Of a stretch of DNA of 64,000 bases, positions 46,112 through 58,588 are shown piece after piece. The translations under genes and the position numbers were made by a program. Every line of letters begins with the position of its first letter. The first letter of the stretch is position 1. The stretch comes from Centroscyllium fabricii. Lineage: Eukaryota. The stretch is taken from the NCBI GenBank assembly GCA_051313645.2, contig JBNRSN020000024.1, positions 48,918,001 through 48,982,000 on the forward strand, read 5' to 3'. The notes beneath the pieces are model-generated. The model did not search any database. It had not been told where the DNA came from and saw only the letters and a program-made list of their open reading frames with translations.

Positions 46112-46762
46112 GGGCCTGAATTTGTGTTCAGAGGCTTCCCGCGGGCAGATGCCTCCGAACCGCAATAAATCTATGCACCTACCCGACGGTCCTGGATCCA
46201 CAGAGACCCGCGCTCCTGGGCCTCGACGCCTAGGCCTGTGTGGAGGCCCACCTATCCCAGGGGCTCATGCGATTCGCAAGCGCCCCTGGGATCGCGTGGG
46301 CCACCCAATCAGAAAGGGGATTCCCATTATGCTAAAGGGGATTCTACTTGCATATGGAATCCCCACAAGCTTATTAGGAATCACCCAAAAAACATGTGTA
46401 CACAAGCTTGAATAATTTTTTTCTTAAATAAATTGAAGAAAAACTTCGGTTTTTGGAGTTGCGGATAAGGGATTGTGTACCTGTATTTATTTTCACCCTT
46501 ACACCTTTACCAGGCATAAGAGTTTCATGAGCATTCGCTGGGCAAGAGTTGGAGCCCAACTCCCCGCCAGCAGATGTCCATTCCCCGGGGATGCAGAGAT
46601 CCTTGACAGATCCTCCGCATCTCCGGGAAATGGACATCCGCTGGCGAAGATTCTTGACAGATTGCAAGTTCCGGGTTTTCGTGCCTGTGCAGCCCATGTG
46701 TAAACCCGGAACTTGCAAGGCACTTATGCGTACACAGTCATAGGCCACGGAAAATCTGGGCC
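46112..46762. mobile_element. Harbinger-like MITE
   Basis: Ends GGGCCTGAATTT / AAAATCTGGGCC with a GC-rich interior. Confidence 0.55.
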
Positions 46763-49069
46763 AGAATAAGCTTGGGCTTTAGCAGTAATTTCATGCAAAA
46801 ATATGATTTTTTAAAAGCACTTTAGGCACCACGTCCATATATGATCCATATGTTCATTCACAGCACGTGAGTGAGAGAAAGCAGATAAGGTGCAGCTTAC
46901 TGATTGACAGTTACCTTTGTGTACGAACGCTGGGTTGTCACATGCAGGTTGTAGTGGAATGTGGCCACATATGTTTGAAGTACTTGAAGCATTTGGTGCC
47001 AACATGAATTAAGATTCAATCATTATTACTCGCAGTTTAATGTAGGAACTTGTTCAAAAAAAATTGCAGCCATAAAGATTATACATAGGTTACACCAGCC
47101 ACTTTCAAATGCAAACATTAATATAAGCGGGGACCAACAGTCAAAATTAATCGCTACCTCAAAGTCTTTGGAAAGGTATACATGCTTGGCTTCTACTGTG
47201 CTCTTAAAGGTCAGGACTGTTCACTGGCTGTAGTCCAGAGTCTTTTTTGGGGGGATTGGGGAGGAGGGGGAGAGCGGAAAGGAGGCAGTCACGTGCGTTT
47301 TGGAACCAGTTTTCCCCCGGACCACACATTACCTGTAGCAGAGGGGACAAGGGATGTACAGTAAAAGGAGAAAACTGGAACGACAACCTGCTGCCAGCTT
47401 GTCCCAGGATTCTCAAATGCAGGCTGCCAACAACCCCGGTTTTGCTCTCTCTTTCTGTCGGGCATCACTTATATCAACTTGACCAATACTGGGAAGTAGA
47501 TGGAGTAGGGAAATCACCATGACCTTGTACATTCCAATTCACTGAACTGCTTTAAGCTGTGCAAGATTTTATCCTGAAACAAAAAGATTCCAGTTCCCTT
47601 TTGTGAAGCAAGCAGTTGATGGTGTGATTAGATTTTCTCGATTAAGTCGAATTCTGTAACTGGGGTACTATTCTTACCATTGTCAGTGAAGAAGTCTGGT
47701 CTTTACATGAAACTAATGTTACCTATCAAATGTTCTTTTTGGAGCACTAAGTTTGAGAGATGGAAGTCATGTCACACAACTTGCAGCCATCTTGGAAATC
47801 CCCCAAGCAGAGATCCCCCAAGTGTGTGGGTGGGGGAGAGAAACATGGCCTGACCTCACCCCAGATAATTTTTTTACAGCGGGTTGCAGTGTGAGTTGAC
47901 CAGCTTCACTGCATCTCTCACTTCCAAAAATCAAATTGCTATTAAACTAAGCGAATACAGACACAGGCACTGTGGGCTGAATGGTCGCCTTTTGTGCTGC
48001 ATCGTTCGATGAATCTGTGCAGTGAGCTGACAATCAGCTGGCTCTAACAAAAGCATATTCCCTTTAATCTGTTCAGAGTGACACTGATGGGCGTCATGGG
48101 TAAATCCTAACTGCCCCAACTCTGTGGCAGGAAACTGTAGAGCAGTAGGTGGTTACCGCAGGAAAAGACAACATGGAGAAGCGGGGGGGGGGGGGGGGGG
48201 GGGAGAGGAGATTCTTTTTTATAAAAAATAATTCTATTGCAAATCATTTCTGTAAAGAATCAAATAAATAAAACCTTATCTATTTACTAAGGGCTCTTTT
48301 ACAAACCATTCTGAGCCCTTATACTATATATTTGTATGTATTTATAATGAGAATTGTATTTGAGAAACTGAATCCTCTTGCTACTTTGAGTGCAGCTGTG
48401 TATTATCTCATTTCCCAGCTGGTTTTGAGGCAGAGTTAATCCATCCCGATATCCTAAAAGGATTCCAGTAGACCCATTACTGAAACTCAATCACACAAAA
48501 CCAGAGTATGGAAGACAACACCATGCAACGATTCATCAAACATTGACCACCTCAAAAGCAACTTTAAAAAAAAATAGTTGCATCGTTTACAATTTTTCTT
48601 TACAAATGTTAAATACCGTTTCCAATAATTTTCAATGTTTTTTGGAATTTTCCCCAAACATTAAGTCTAGGGAAAGATTTTGTACTGAATATATATTGTA
48701 GTAAATAATTCATAGAAGTTTCCAAATTGTTCATCACACTCCCAGATGGCAGTAATTATAGAATTATTTACAAGAGCCAAATTCCATCTGTTAAACACAT
48801 CCAGCTCAAAATGTTTTAATTTCACAATAAATATAGCAAAAGCTAGAATACAGTTCAAACAGAAATGCCTTCTCAGTATTATTTAGGAAATACATTAAGT
48901 ACATAGCTCCGAAGTTTCTGTTTGATTATTTGTCACAGAAGGGGTGCCATGTTCCACTTTACAGCTTCATCACTCCTACCAATCATGTGCAGCTGCGATC
49001 CCAGCGCCATACTGAGGATTTTTGCACCTCGTATGGCTTCTCCTCACCCAGGTCGTATAACAAGGACAA

Positions 49070-49560
49070 ATTGCCTGGATGAGTGCAGCTCCAACAACAC
49101 TCAAGCAGCTCGACACCATCCTGGACAAAGCAGCCCACTTGATTGGCACCCCATCCACCACCTTAAGCATTCACTCCCTCCACCACCGGCGTACCGTGGC
49201 TGCAGTGTGTACCATCTACAAGATGCACTGCAGCAACTCGCCAAGGCTTCTTTGGCAGCACCTCCCAAAACCTGCGACCTCTTCCATCTAGAAGGACAAG
49301 GGCAGCAGACGCATGGGAACACCACCACCTCCAAGTTCCCCTCCAAGTCACACAGCATCCTGACTTAGAAGTATATCGCCATTCCTTCATCATCGCTGGG
49401 TCAAAATCCTGGAACTCCCTCCCTAACAGCACTGTGGGAGCACCTTCACCACACGGATTGCAGCAGTTCAAGGCGGCGGCTCACCACCACCTTCTCAAGT
49501 GCAACTAGGGATGGGCAATAAATGCTGGCCTTGCCAGTGACGCCCAGATCCCATAAACAC
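49070..49560 (+). mobile_element. CR1-group LINE 3' end (second family)
   Basis: MSAAPTTLKQLDTILDKAAHLIGTPST..AAVCTIYKMHCSNSPRLL; tail GGGATGGGCAATAAATGCTGGCC. Confidence 0.85.
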
Positions 49561-49689
49561 ATTTTTTTTAAATTACAAACTAAATTTTATGCTGGTGTTT
49601 ATAATTTAATTTCCTTTGGCTCCCCAGGCAAGCACTAAATCATAAAAATAATGTCCTTAAGTTAATTGTATGACGATATTTACGCAACA

Positions 49690-50940
49690 TTCAAAATGGA
49701 CTTCTCCATCTCCATTTCTGGGAATAGGCTGTTCACCAATGGCTACTCTAAGCCCACTGACTTCCACAGCTTCCTCGGCAACAACTTCCACCCACCCCGC
49801 TTCCTGTAAGGACTCTATTCCATTCTCCCAGTTTCTCCATCTCCGTCGCATCTGTTCAGATAATGCCACATTTCACACCACTGCTTCAGACGTCTTCCTT
49901 TTTCAATTAAGGATTCACTTCCACTGTGGTTGACAGATCCCTTGATCATGACCGTCCCATTTCCAGTACTTCTGCCCTGTCCTCACCCCCTCTCCCCTCA
50001 CCTCACGACAACAGGGTCCCCCTTTGTCCTCATTTCCACCTCACCAGCCTCCACAATCAACAGATCATCCTCCGCCATTTCCACCTCCAACAGTGCGATG
50101 CCACCACCAAACACATCTTCTCCTCCCCCTTCAGCATTCCAACGTGACCGTTCCCTCCGCGACTCCCTGGTCCACTCATCAAATCACCCCGAACACCCGC
50201 TCTCCTTCCTACGGCACCTTCACATAATAATGCAGGAGATGCAACACTGCTCTTTCACCATCTCCCTTCCCACCATTCAGTACCCCAAGCACTCCTGCCA
50301 AGTGAAACAAGTGTTTTGCCTGTACTTCTTCAAACCTGGTGCACTGTATTCGTTGCTCCTCTAAATTGGGGAGACCAAACGCAGATTGGGGGATCGCTTT
50401 GCTGAGCACCTCTGCAACAGTGACCCCGAGCTTCCGGGCGTTTGCCACTTTAATTCTCCATCCCACTCGGAGCTCTCTGCAATTTGCCGCCTACGCTGTT
50501 CCAACAAAGTTCAAGGAACGGCACCTCATCTTTCGATTAGGCACTTGCGGTCTCAACGTCAACTTCAACAACTTTAGATCATAACCACCACTCCCACTTT
50601 CTCGGGTGCTGATAATGGTTCTGCTGTTATCATTTACACCTCTTTTGGATTCACCTTTTGTTTCTTGTTGATCATTACCACTCCCTTTTGCCTTGCACCA
50701 TCATCCCTTCTGTCAATTCATCACTCCTGCCTTCCACCCCATCACAGAATGTTCCCTTTGCTCTTTCCTCCATTGCCCCCACTAGATCCCCGGGACCTCT
50801 GTATTTGCTTCAAAACCGTTCAATCTCCAACTTCTTCCAGTTGTGATGAAAGGTCATCCACCTACAATGTGAACTCTGTTTCTCTCTCCACAGATGCAGT
50901 CTGACCTGCTGAGTATTTCCAGCATTTTCCGTTTTAATTC
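49690..50940 (+). mobile_element. Penelope-like retroelement (degenerate RT thumb, GIY-YIG and pLTR)
   Basis: HPASCKDSIPFSQFLHLRRICSD; CIRCS..GETKRRLGDRFAEHL; decayed hammerhead/pLTR GTTGTGATGAAAGGTCATCCACCT..ACAGATGCAGTCTGACCTGCTGAG. Confidence 0.85.
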
Positions 50941-51545
50941 AAAATGGATCAAAGGACTTGATATAAGCTTTATAGATCAAGTGAGTGCAGTTGATCATGA
51001 CTAGAAAGGAACAACTAATTCTACTTGTTGCAAAGTTTTGCATCTTCAGACATGTCTTCTTAGATGTTGTCTTTTCTCTAGGCTACCACTTCCACACCCC
51101 ATTTCCTCGGTCTTCTTCATTTTTCCTTTATTTTCTTTCTCTTTGCTTATCCATTCCTCATTTTCTATTATTTTCTTCCTCCACTCCTTTGTCTTATTTA
51201 TACCACGATTTTATCTTTCAGGGAAGGAGAATATCAAAAGGAAACAGAACCCGGGGATGAAGGAAGAGGGAACAGAAAATGATCAAAAGGTGAAGGAATG
51301 AGACTGCGAGGACAAAAGAACATGAAAGAAATGGAGACCTCTTGTGACAGAGGAGGATGAGGAAATCAAAAAGAAACCAAGGGCTTGGAGGAAGAGCAAT
51401 TAAAAGGCAGCAGTTACCTCAGACACAAAGGAAAAGTGAAATGAGGAGCAGACATGGGGACATGAGTTAAAACAGAATTATATTTTACAGCTACACCATG
51501 CTATTTTTAAATCCTCCTCATAGTTCACTTACTCAAAGCAGTATT

Positions 51546-52222
51546 GGGGGAAAAACTCGGTTGCTTGCGCCAGCCGTTAGCGCCCTAAGAGGGCTGCTAA
51601 TGGGGCGCAAGGCACCTAGGGCGGGGGCTGGCATGATATTCAGCGGGGCGCTGATGGCGGCAACCGGTAGCGCCGCGCTGCCGTCATCGCCGTGCGCAGC
51701 GCCCCGCTCGTGAACTTGAGTCGCGCCCACTGACGTACCGCCGGACACTGTTACCGACAGGGTCAGGGGGGTGTACTTGCAGCCAGGGCAGCGCTATTTA
51801 AAGGGGGGGGGGGGGGTGGCGGGCAGCCATTTTTCTTGCTGGCCACCTGCCAGCACCTGCCCCTGATGCCGCCCCTTCCCCCGCCGAGTGCTGGCTGTGC
51901 TCCGTGAGCCCGGCACTTCCCTCGAGTGCCGGGCTCCTTTGGCGGCATTCCAAGCCCTGGCGGTCCAACAGGGCTTCGGGCCGCACCGCGCTAGGCCACT
52001 CCCCTTTAAAAAGGGGGAGTGAGGCCTGCAGTACCGCGACGTGGCGCTCTGCAGAGCGTGGCGCTGTGGCAAGCAGTCGCCCGAAATTGAGTGGTCGCAC
52101 CCAAAGAACGAGGTGGGGCGCTACAACCCAATTTCCGGCGGACCGGCGCAAACTTGTTCGGGGCACCAAAAGTAGCGCCCCGCCAAGTAGCGCCCCAAAT
52201 GGGGCGCAACCCAATTCCCCCC
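51546..52222. mobile_element. GC-rich Harbinger-like MITE
   Basis: Ends GGGGGAAAAACTCGG / CCCAATTCCCCCC; repeated TAGCGCCC motifs. Confidence 0.55.
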
Positions 52223-52657
52223 TCAAAGACTCTTAATTGTTAATCTAATGCGAGTAACTACAATTCAAAAAGCGCTCAACATAGTTACATATCATAGAAA
52301 GCCAAAAGAATTGAACTGAAGGATATTTAAATTCTAATTTAAAGGGCCAAACTCACACAGTAAAAATGTCTTTCATTATATTCTAATTGTCACCACAGGT
52401 CTGATTTATTATCTGTGTATCTATTCGAGAACATTTTTTTGATACTTAATCCTGCTCATAATCAGATCAACTGCAGTTTCAATATATCAGCAGTTAAGCT
52501 GGTGAATTTCTGTGTGGGGGTGAATTTCCAAACACTCCAGAGTGATATTATATGAAAGTACCTTGGTCTTCCGTTTTTACTTTCAGTAAAGAGACAACCA
52601 GTACTCCCAGCCGCCGACAGTGACATATTTAACTTACAGTGAAGACCAGCAAGCCAT

Positions 52658-52760
52658 GTTCTGACAAAGGGTCACCGACCTGAAACGTTAACTCTGTTTC
52701 TCTCTTCACAGATTCTGCCCTGACCTGCTGAGTATCTCCAGCATTTTCTGTTTTGATTGA
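52658..52760 (+). mobile_element. Penelope pLTR fragment with a mutated hammerhead core
   Basis: GTT-CTGACAA-AGGGTC-ACC-GACCT-GAAA-CGTT-AAC (core G8 changed to A), then GATTCTGCCCTGACCTGCTGAG. Confidence 0.7.
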
Positions 52761-53473
52761 AGCCAAATTAAGTGCTGCATGATTTTGCAATAGTTCTCAT
52801 TTTTAAATAGCGTATTCAAAATAAGAGTTAAAATCAGGTTACAACTAAACCAACCAAACCACACCAGCGTCCAGCAGTGTTTGTAAACATGTATACTGCT
52901 TTCAAAGGACTGAAACAGATTGTGCAACCCTATTAAATTAAATATGTTGTAAACTTCAAGCCATAATTGACACTGTCCTGCTGAAATGTCAAATTTAACC
53001 AAGTCCTGCAGGCCATGACAAACTTTGTGCAAAATGGCAGATTTTTCTTCCATGAAAAATTCAGAAACTTGAAGCTGAAGCAAGTTTTCACTTGTACTTT
53101 TGATCTGGCTTCAAGTCTGATGCACCAGAATTAATTTGGGTTGAATCAAACCAATTGCAATTACCCACTCATCTATGGTTCCCTCTTTATGCAGGAACTA
53201 CTCAGACGAGGGTATTGCATTTTTAATGACTACATTATTCATACGGTCCTTCAATTATTTTACCCATCTACAGCAAAAGCTCATAAAATCTATGCCAATT
53301 TGAGGATACAGTATTTGAGCTCAACACACTTTATACATGTGGTCCACAAAAGATTTGGTCATTGTTTGAAAACAACATTTTCCTCATTGCTGAACCCTTT
53401 CCTCTTGCTTAATTGATAATTAAGTTTCCAGACGCGCAATAAGTTGTTTGGAATTCAGCCCCACCTAATCTAC

Positions 53474-53770
53474 ACGTGGTTAGCACTGTTGCTTCACAGC
53501 GCTAGGGGCCTGGGTTCAAATCCGGCCTCGGGTGACTATCTGTGTGGAGTTTGCACATTCTCCCCGTGTCTGCGTGGGTTTCCTCCGGGTGCTCCGGTTT
53601 CCTCCCACAGTCCAAAGATGTGCGGGTTAGGTTGATTGGCCAGGATAAATTGACCTTTAGTGTTAGGGGGAGTAAATATGTGGGGTAACGGGGATGGGGT
53701 GGGATATGTGTCGGTGCAGGCTCGATGGGCCGAAATGGCCTCTATCTGCACTGTAGGGATTCTATGATTT
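53474..53770 (+). mobile_element. HE1/V-SINE
   Basis: GTGGTTAGCACTG..GGGTTCAAATCCGGCCTCGGGTGACTATCTGTGTGGAGTTTGC; close to the reverse complement of 35843-36147. Confidence 0.92.
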
Positions 53771-55059
53771 AAAAAAAATATATACATGTATAATTGAATA
53801 CTGAAGATAATAGTGTAGAATTTCAAAAAATATTCGTTCAAGCCAAATATTTAACAAATTTGTACTGTAAACTTGAATAAATACTTTTTTTTGCAAATAT
53901 GGTTGGTGAACAAGAAATAAATGTTACCATACTACGAATATCTATTTATATAAATTTAAAACACTGTGCATGTGCCCCTTCTTACCGACTCAGTTAGTCT
54001 GTGAGAGCCACATAACCATTAGTATCATCAGCCATGTATCTACCACAGACCAGTTCCTGCAAGACCACTCTGTGGCCAGCCTCCCCATCGCTCTCCCAAT
54101 CCAATCCCACACAAGGCTGTAGCATTTCCTATCTGGAAGAAAATCAGAGGCTCATGTTGAACTCAAACAGTGCGGGCAGAGAGAGCACAGCTGAACTGGA
54201 GCAGGTGGAGTAATGCTGGTGCCAAGAGTCTCGATGGGAGAAAGCTCCAAGGGTATTAAAGCCACTCTTACCAAACATAAGTGCACTTACCCAGAGAATA
54301 ACAGTGCACAAAATACATGGGCTCACGGTAAAGTCCATACCAGTACACGGTAATAAGTTAAAGTGGCTATTAAAGGCATCACGTTTCTGGAACATAAACT
54401 GAAAAGCTAAAACTCTGAAAATAACCACCTCAATGAAGACACCTCCAAAGAAAGGTTAAATATAGGATATGAATTACACAACTCAGAATTTTCAAAGGTC
54501 TTAAGTCAGTAGAAGACAGTCTGCTACATAGAGAGTCTAATCACATAACTATTAATTTCAGAGAGTTAAATAAACTTTTATTCAACAAAATCTAATTTTA
54601 AGGCTAGAAATTTGAGTCGTTACTTTAGGTGAAGAGTTCCTTGCCTGTCTGTGCATCCAACTGACTATTAGTCAAAACAACCCAATATAATTAAATCCAA
54701 GACAAACCGTAACTATATTCTCTACAGTGAAGGGGGAAGAGCCTGACAGCATCTTGGGAAAGGGAAGCAAGTTGGCATTCTAAGGATAGACCCTGGGGAA
54801 GGGGCATATGGGTCCTCGATATTGGCCCGTTCATTTAACATACCCATGTTTCTAGCATTTTAGCTTTCATTTTAGACTTGCATCTGTAAGCTTTCCCTGG
54901 TTTTTTCCCCACCCAGTTTCCCTTATTCTGTTGTCTCTTTCCTTCGGTGGGCCCTCACAGTCTGAGCTATTTGCAAGTTATTTTGTTTTTTTAATTTCTT
55001 TGCCTTCTCGTGGCTCCACTCCTACCATTCAAATTAAAAAAAATTTTTTTTTCAATTAT

Positions 55060-55340
55060 TCATTGATGGGATGTGGGCGTTGCTGGCTGGCTAGGCCTGC
55101 ATTTAGTGCCCATCCCTAATTGCCCTCGAGAAGATGGTGGTGAGCCGCCTTCTTGAACCGCTGCAGTCCATATGGTGTAGGTACACCCACAATGTTGCAT
55201 AGCGGTTGTTTACAACTGAGTGGCATTTCAGAGGGCATTAAGAGTCAACCCCATTGCTGTGGGTCTGGAGTCACATGTAGGCCAGACCAGGTAAGGACAG
55301 CAGATTTCCTTCCCTAAAGGACATTAGTGAACCAGAATTG
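55060..55340 (-). mobile_element. SINE with a CR1-group tail
   Basis: GCCCATCCCTAATTGCCCTCGAGAAGATGGTGG is the reverse complement of the 49070 LINE tail; the body is shared with 1785-2065. Confidence 0.7.
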
Positions 55341-55479
55341 TAGACATTACATCACCTCCGATGCTCCTCCTCGCATGCCCACCCCATGTTGACATGATCC
55401 AGAAGCATGTGGTTAATCTCCACAAGTTAGCTGCTGGCACTCAGATCTATTGCCTCGCCAATGAGCCCAAGTCTTCATC

Positions 55480-55920
55480 TGCACAAAGGCCTGTGTCCAT
55501 CACACCTGGCCTTGTGAACTTCCACTAACGTCCCAGTGAATTAATCCTTGCCCTCACTTTCAATCCTCCCATGGCTTCAACACACCCCATCAATCTCCTC
55601 CAGTCATTCCTCAGATACTGGCTTACCCCTCATTCTCCTGCTCGACTGACAGTGGCCGACACCTCATGCTCCTGCTCCATTATCAGTGGTCACTCCTTCA
55701 GCCCCGAGGAACCTGCCCTCTGGTACTTCCTTCCTCAACACCTCCACTTGGTGACCTCCCTTCCTGCTTTTGAAAAGCCCATAAAGACACTTCTCTTCAA
55801 CCGCGCTTTCACTGCATCCCCGAGTCCCTCTCTTCCTGCAGCTCTGAATCCATTTATTTGTCCACAGCCATGTAAAGCGCTGAGAAATCAGTCTGTATGT
55901 GAGGAGCAATATAGAAATAT
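55480..55920 (+). mobile_element. Decayed L2 LINE 3' end
   Basis: ..SLPAFEKPIKTLLFNRAF and tail TGTAAAGCGCTGAGA..GCAATATAGAAAT. Confidence 0.55.
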
Positions 55921-56972
55921 GATAGGCTGTTGTTCAAGCATAGAACCCACTAAAATTGTCCACATACATTTGTGTGCTTCAACTCCACCTACAGCACAGC
56001 AACAACTGAGACACTTGGCTGAGAAACTGCTGTCATCAGTCTAAATAGCGACCGTGGCACAATTCCAATGGCATTGAAATAGTAAGTCTCATGTCACACG
56101 AATAGAATTAACAGCCACTCAACATTATGTTTCATTTCCCTTGTGCAACAAACCTGAACAAACTGCAGCCCTCATGTGTCGTAGAAATTCTGCACTCAGA
56201 AAAATGGTATATTACACAGATAACCAAGCGGCATTTTCTTATACTGCAATGTGAATTGAATCTCATTCGTAGCAAAATCAATGGTACACTTCAGGACGTA
56301 CTATTACTTGCAGGGGCCCGATGTATATTCACTCACCTGCAGGTGCTATTCTTTCAGGCAGGCAGCAGTACAGGCATACCATAATCTAACCCGCACCGAC
56401 GATACTCGGCCAAGATTTATTATGCTCACCATACTCAAAACAAAATGTCCTTCAAAACAAGCTTAATAAAGACACCGATCAGCCAACAACAGAAGACCAT
56501 AAATCTAAGAAGTGCATTCAATTTATACAAATTAAATCTTTGCCACTTCTACAGCAAAATGAGGCATTCCAGCATGATGCCCAGAAGGTTACATGGAGAA
56601 AATCCGTCTGTTCAAAATACAGCTTCAAGAATTAAGAGGATAACAAGACAGGCCGATAATTAGATTGCACAAGCAATTTCTCTAATTGGCGTATGATGTC
56701 AAAACCGACTTTAAGGGACAAAAAAAGCCACTAATCAAACTTGCACAAGAGGATACTCATTTTGTCAGATTACATTAGCTGCTTGTAGACCTTGACTGTT
56801 GTATACATGTAACTGAGCATCTTTACAAATTATTTAGAAACTTTAGAATAGGGTGACCATACATCCCCGTTTTCCGGGGACAGTCCCCAGATGAGGTACT
56901 GTGTCCCTGGGAAAATAATGTCCCCGGATCACAAAATTCATCCACAAAATAGCCCAACTTTTAATTTCTCGT

Positions 56973-57992
56973 AATAACAACAGAAAATGCTGGAAAAACT
57001 CAGCGATAAAGGGAACCACCCGGAACGTTGACTCCTATTTCTCTCCACGGATGCTGCCTGAACTGCTGAGTTTTTCCAGCATTTTCTGTTGTTATTTCGG
57101 ATTTCCAGCATGCGCTCAAGGACGGCAGGATGCGGGAGGTCGGTCGGTCGCTGGCAGTCGGGAGTGAGCGGGGAGTTGGAGGTTCGGGGCTGCCGGCATG
57201 GCGGGCTGAGAGGTAGGTGCTAAGCCTTCGGACACGGCTCCTAGGTTTCGGAGCTCAGTGGATTTAGGGGATCTGGCAGAGCGTCAGGGCAAGGGGTGGG
57301 CCTCGGGCCTTCTGACGCGGTTCCCGGACCCAGGAGTTCAGGAGAATCTGGGGGACTGTGGAACAGGAAGCAGAAAAATCGGAACATTGAACTTTGAGAG
57401 CAGGAGAGGCCGGAGCGGTGCGGGAATGAATTGAAGATGGCGGCGCGCATAGACGCAGCAGCTTTGCGTCTCCCGAGATAATGCTGTCCGCTGGTTGTTC
57501 TGGATCTGTTCGCTCGGAGGGGATGGTATGGTCGGCGTGGTAGTGCACCGGGGTCAGCGCAACGGAATTGTCGGAGCACCGATGTGTCTGCGATCGGAGC
57601 ATCGGGGGCGCAACGAGGCCATCATGGTCGGAGTGCCGAGGCCTTGAGGTCGGAGTGTTCGGAGCCGGAGCCTGCGTGGTCACCGAGGTCGGAGCCTGCA
57701 TGGTTGGAGCGCCGGGGCCTTGGTCGCTGCGCCGGAGCCTGCGCGGTTGGAGCGCCGGGGCCTGTGTGGTCACCGGGGTCGGCGTGGTCATAGCGCCGGA
57801 GGTCGGCGAGTTCGGAGCGCCGGAGCCTGCATCTTCAGAGCAACAGCGTCGTCATGGAATAGAACAGACTGGGACTTCAGCAGAGGACATTTTAATATCT
57901 GCATTGTTTCTTGGGAGTTTGCAAGAATGCATTTCATGGCATTGTGTTTGTTCACTCTGCAATGACAATAAATTGAATTGAATTGAATTGAA
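56973..57992 (+). mobile_element. Composite non-autonomous retroposon (pLTR hairpin + GC-rich VNTR-like body + Rex1/Babar tail)
   Basis: 14-bp direct repeat TTTTAATTTCTCGT at 56959-56972 and 57993-58006; 3' end CTCTGCAATGACAATAAA(TTGAA)n as in the LINE at 17300-17340. Confidence 0.8.
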
Positions 57993-58588
57993 TTTTAATT
58001 TCTCGTGTTGGATTATGATGTACAACACACATACACTGCGCCGTTCACCCTAACTTGATTACACATTTCTTTCTCGGGCGCCCCATCAATTACAGCCACC
58101 GTGAACTCTGACTGGTTGCGAGGCCAGCCCTGAAGCGGGCTCAGTGGTTTAAGGGGCTGGTCTATTAGTTAGCATCCACGTCAATCGAGCACCGAGGGGT
58201 GGGCTCGTGCCACTAGCATGTTCGGCTGCGCTCCCGACACAGCCTCGCTTGACAACCAAACCCCCCATTTTCTTTCCCCCCCTCCTCTTCTTTTGCTATG
58301 GGGCGCACCAGTTTGAATCGCAGGTGGTTGCAAGCCGATTAGTCGGAGGGCTTCTGATTTAGTCATCTCTTCCACCCGCCCACCCACACAATTCAAAATG
58401 GTCGCAATTCGGAAGCCGATTGGATGCTCGGTCGGTGACAGTTACGCCCAATGATTCCATTATATGACAAAATATATTTTGAAAACATAGGTTGTCGACA
58501 TGAGCACAGCGGAAACAAAAGAACAGGTGTCAGCAGTGTAGACAGAGGCTATGAAAAACTGATGCTTCTGAACAGTGTTATTGTATTA

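Noticed and set aside
48183-48204. Poly-G runs (also ~22621, ~31260, ~43007) as G-quadruplexes
   Set aside because: Simple homopolymers that are common and error-prone in assemblies; no further evidence.
52630-52660. Minus-strand 'LAGLH|gtaagt' resembling the end of USP32 exon 5 (LAGVTH)
   Set aside because: The upstream sequence is a Penelope pLTR fragment with no DDSDTPTFYQT match; exon 5 was not found in 40824-64000 and probably lies beyond the window.
56015-56050. Minus-strand 'TDDS' resembling USP32 exon 5
   Set aside because: In-frame stop immediately upstream and no further similarity.
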